A stretch of DNA of 64,000 nucleotides from Macrostomum lignano (lineage: Eukaryota), in the NCBI GenBank assembly GCA_002269645.1, contig NIVC01000001.1:1364001-1428000 (forward strand). The letters run 5' to 3'. Shown here one piece after another: positions 62,951-64,000 of the stretch. The position numbers were made by a program, and so were the translations under genes. A model generated the notes under the pieces. That model made no database searches, was not told the DNA's origin, and saw only the letters and a program-made list of their open reading frames with translations. Position 1 is the first letter of the stretch; every line of letters begins with the position of its first letter.

Positions 62951-64000
62951 TGGCATGAGTGGGAAAGCTAGAGGGCAAAAATGAAGACAGTGAGTTTTCG
63001 ATCCAGAGGTCGGTCTTGAAACTGACAATGGGAGGAATAGAAGTGAGCACTATAGGCAATCATGCAGTGTAGTCTGGTCGATATCACTCAGAAAAGCGTC
63101 GCTATATTTTTTGGCCAAAAAACTGCATAAAAAAGTTCAGGTCTTTAAAATATAACTTCACAAAATTTAAGGCATGAAGTTAAAAAGCATAATTTTAAAT
63201 CACAGACAAATTGAGCAGAATAATTAAAAAATAGCCAATAAAATTTGCCTGCTAATGTAATAACTCTGTAGGATTAGAAGTAATGATACAACCAACGAGG
63301 GAGCGTCAAAATCTCGATTGAAATTTATACGCTCGCACTTCGCAGAAACGAAAAAATACTTATTTAAGAGTAACGCGAATGGCGAGTAACAATTAACGGT
63401 TCATTTAACACAAAAATGTTGTCCACTCTGCTTTCAAAATAAAACAATTTTTTACAGCTTAGAAAAACGTCTTCTTAAGCTTGGTGTTTTTTCCTTAATT
63501 GACAGTGTTAAGTCAAGGATGAACAAAATCTATTTCTTTTCATTTTGTTTAAATATGACAGCGAAAAAATCCGACTGGATAAGGAAAACCTTCTGTGTAG
63601 ATGTTCTTACATATATGACAAGCATTTAGCAAGCTGTGTAACATTATCAAACACGATTCCATACCGGAGAAGATGCCACAATACAACCGGCAGTGTACGA
63701 GCTAAAACAAACTCAATAAATTCAATACCGTTCAGCGTACATGTAAAAAGCATCGGTAGCAAAGTCTGTTTCTGCGTTCAAATTAGCGCCTTTTTAGCGT
63801 ATTTTTATCAGAAATATTGCCTGCCATCTTCACCAGCCCTGGAGGGTCCCTGGAATTCAATTAGGAAATGAATATTGTAGTGATATACTTTAGCTTTTGG
63901 TTGCTCGGGCTAGGTGTTGTTCCTCGAATCCCACCGCTGCCACCAGTGTAGTAACTGAGCTTTTGCTTGGGTGGTTCGGCAGGTTTTGATATCCCACCGC

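Overview
Animal (eukaryotic) genomic DNA with GC-rich exons and introns packed with unrelated minisatellites. The style suggests a free-living flatworm such as Macrostomum, but that is inference only. Four host genes can be built with GT-AG sites: a class A peptide-type GPCR (+, 12219-15774, 4 exons), a KChIP/calsenilin-like neuronal calcium sensor (+, 17875-26139, 2 exons), a secreted neuropeptide precursor carrying a GnRH/corazonin-like motif (-, exon 28696-29098), and the 3' nine exons of a non-chordate classical (type III, N-cadherin-like) cadherin (-, 34370-41968). A Mag-like Ty3/Gypsy provirus (18502-22831) sits in the KChIP intron. The cadherin intron holds a nested stack. The outer layer is a second, internally deleted and probably chimeric Gypsy element (42592-62272). 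It contains a solo LTR and a 15.5-kb Polinton/Maverick (adintovirus-type) element (about 46475-61931), which itself contains another solo LTR. The Polinton has ~620-bp TIRs, integrase, pPolB, adenain protease, packaging ATPase, major and minor capsid genes, and PLA2-like, pX-like and gasderminX-like genes. Most Polinton genes are disrupted, but both capsid ORFs and a gene embedded in each TIR are intact. A partial, almost purely synonymously diverged copy of a cadherin exon lies beyond the right Gypsy LTR. All alignments, counts and family calls were made by eye without databases.
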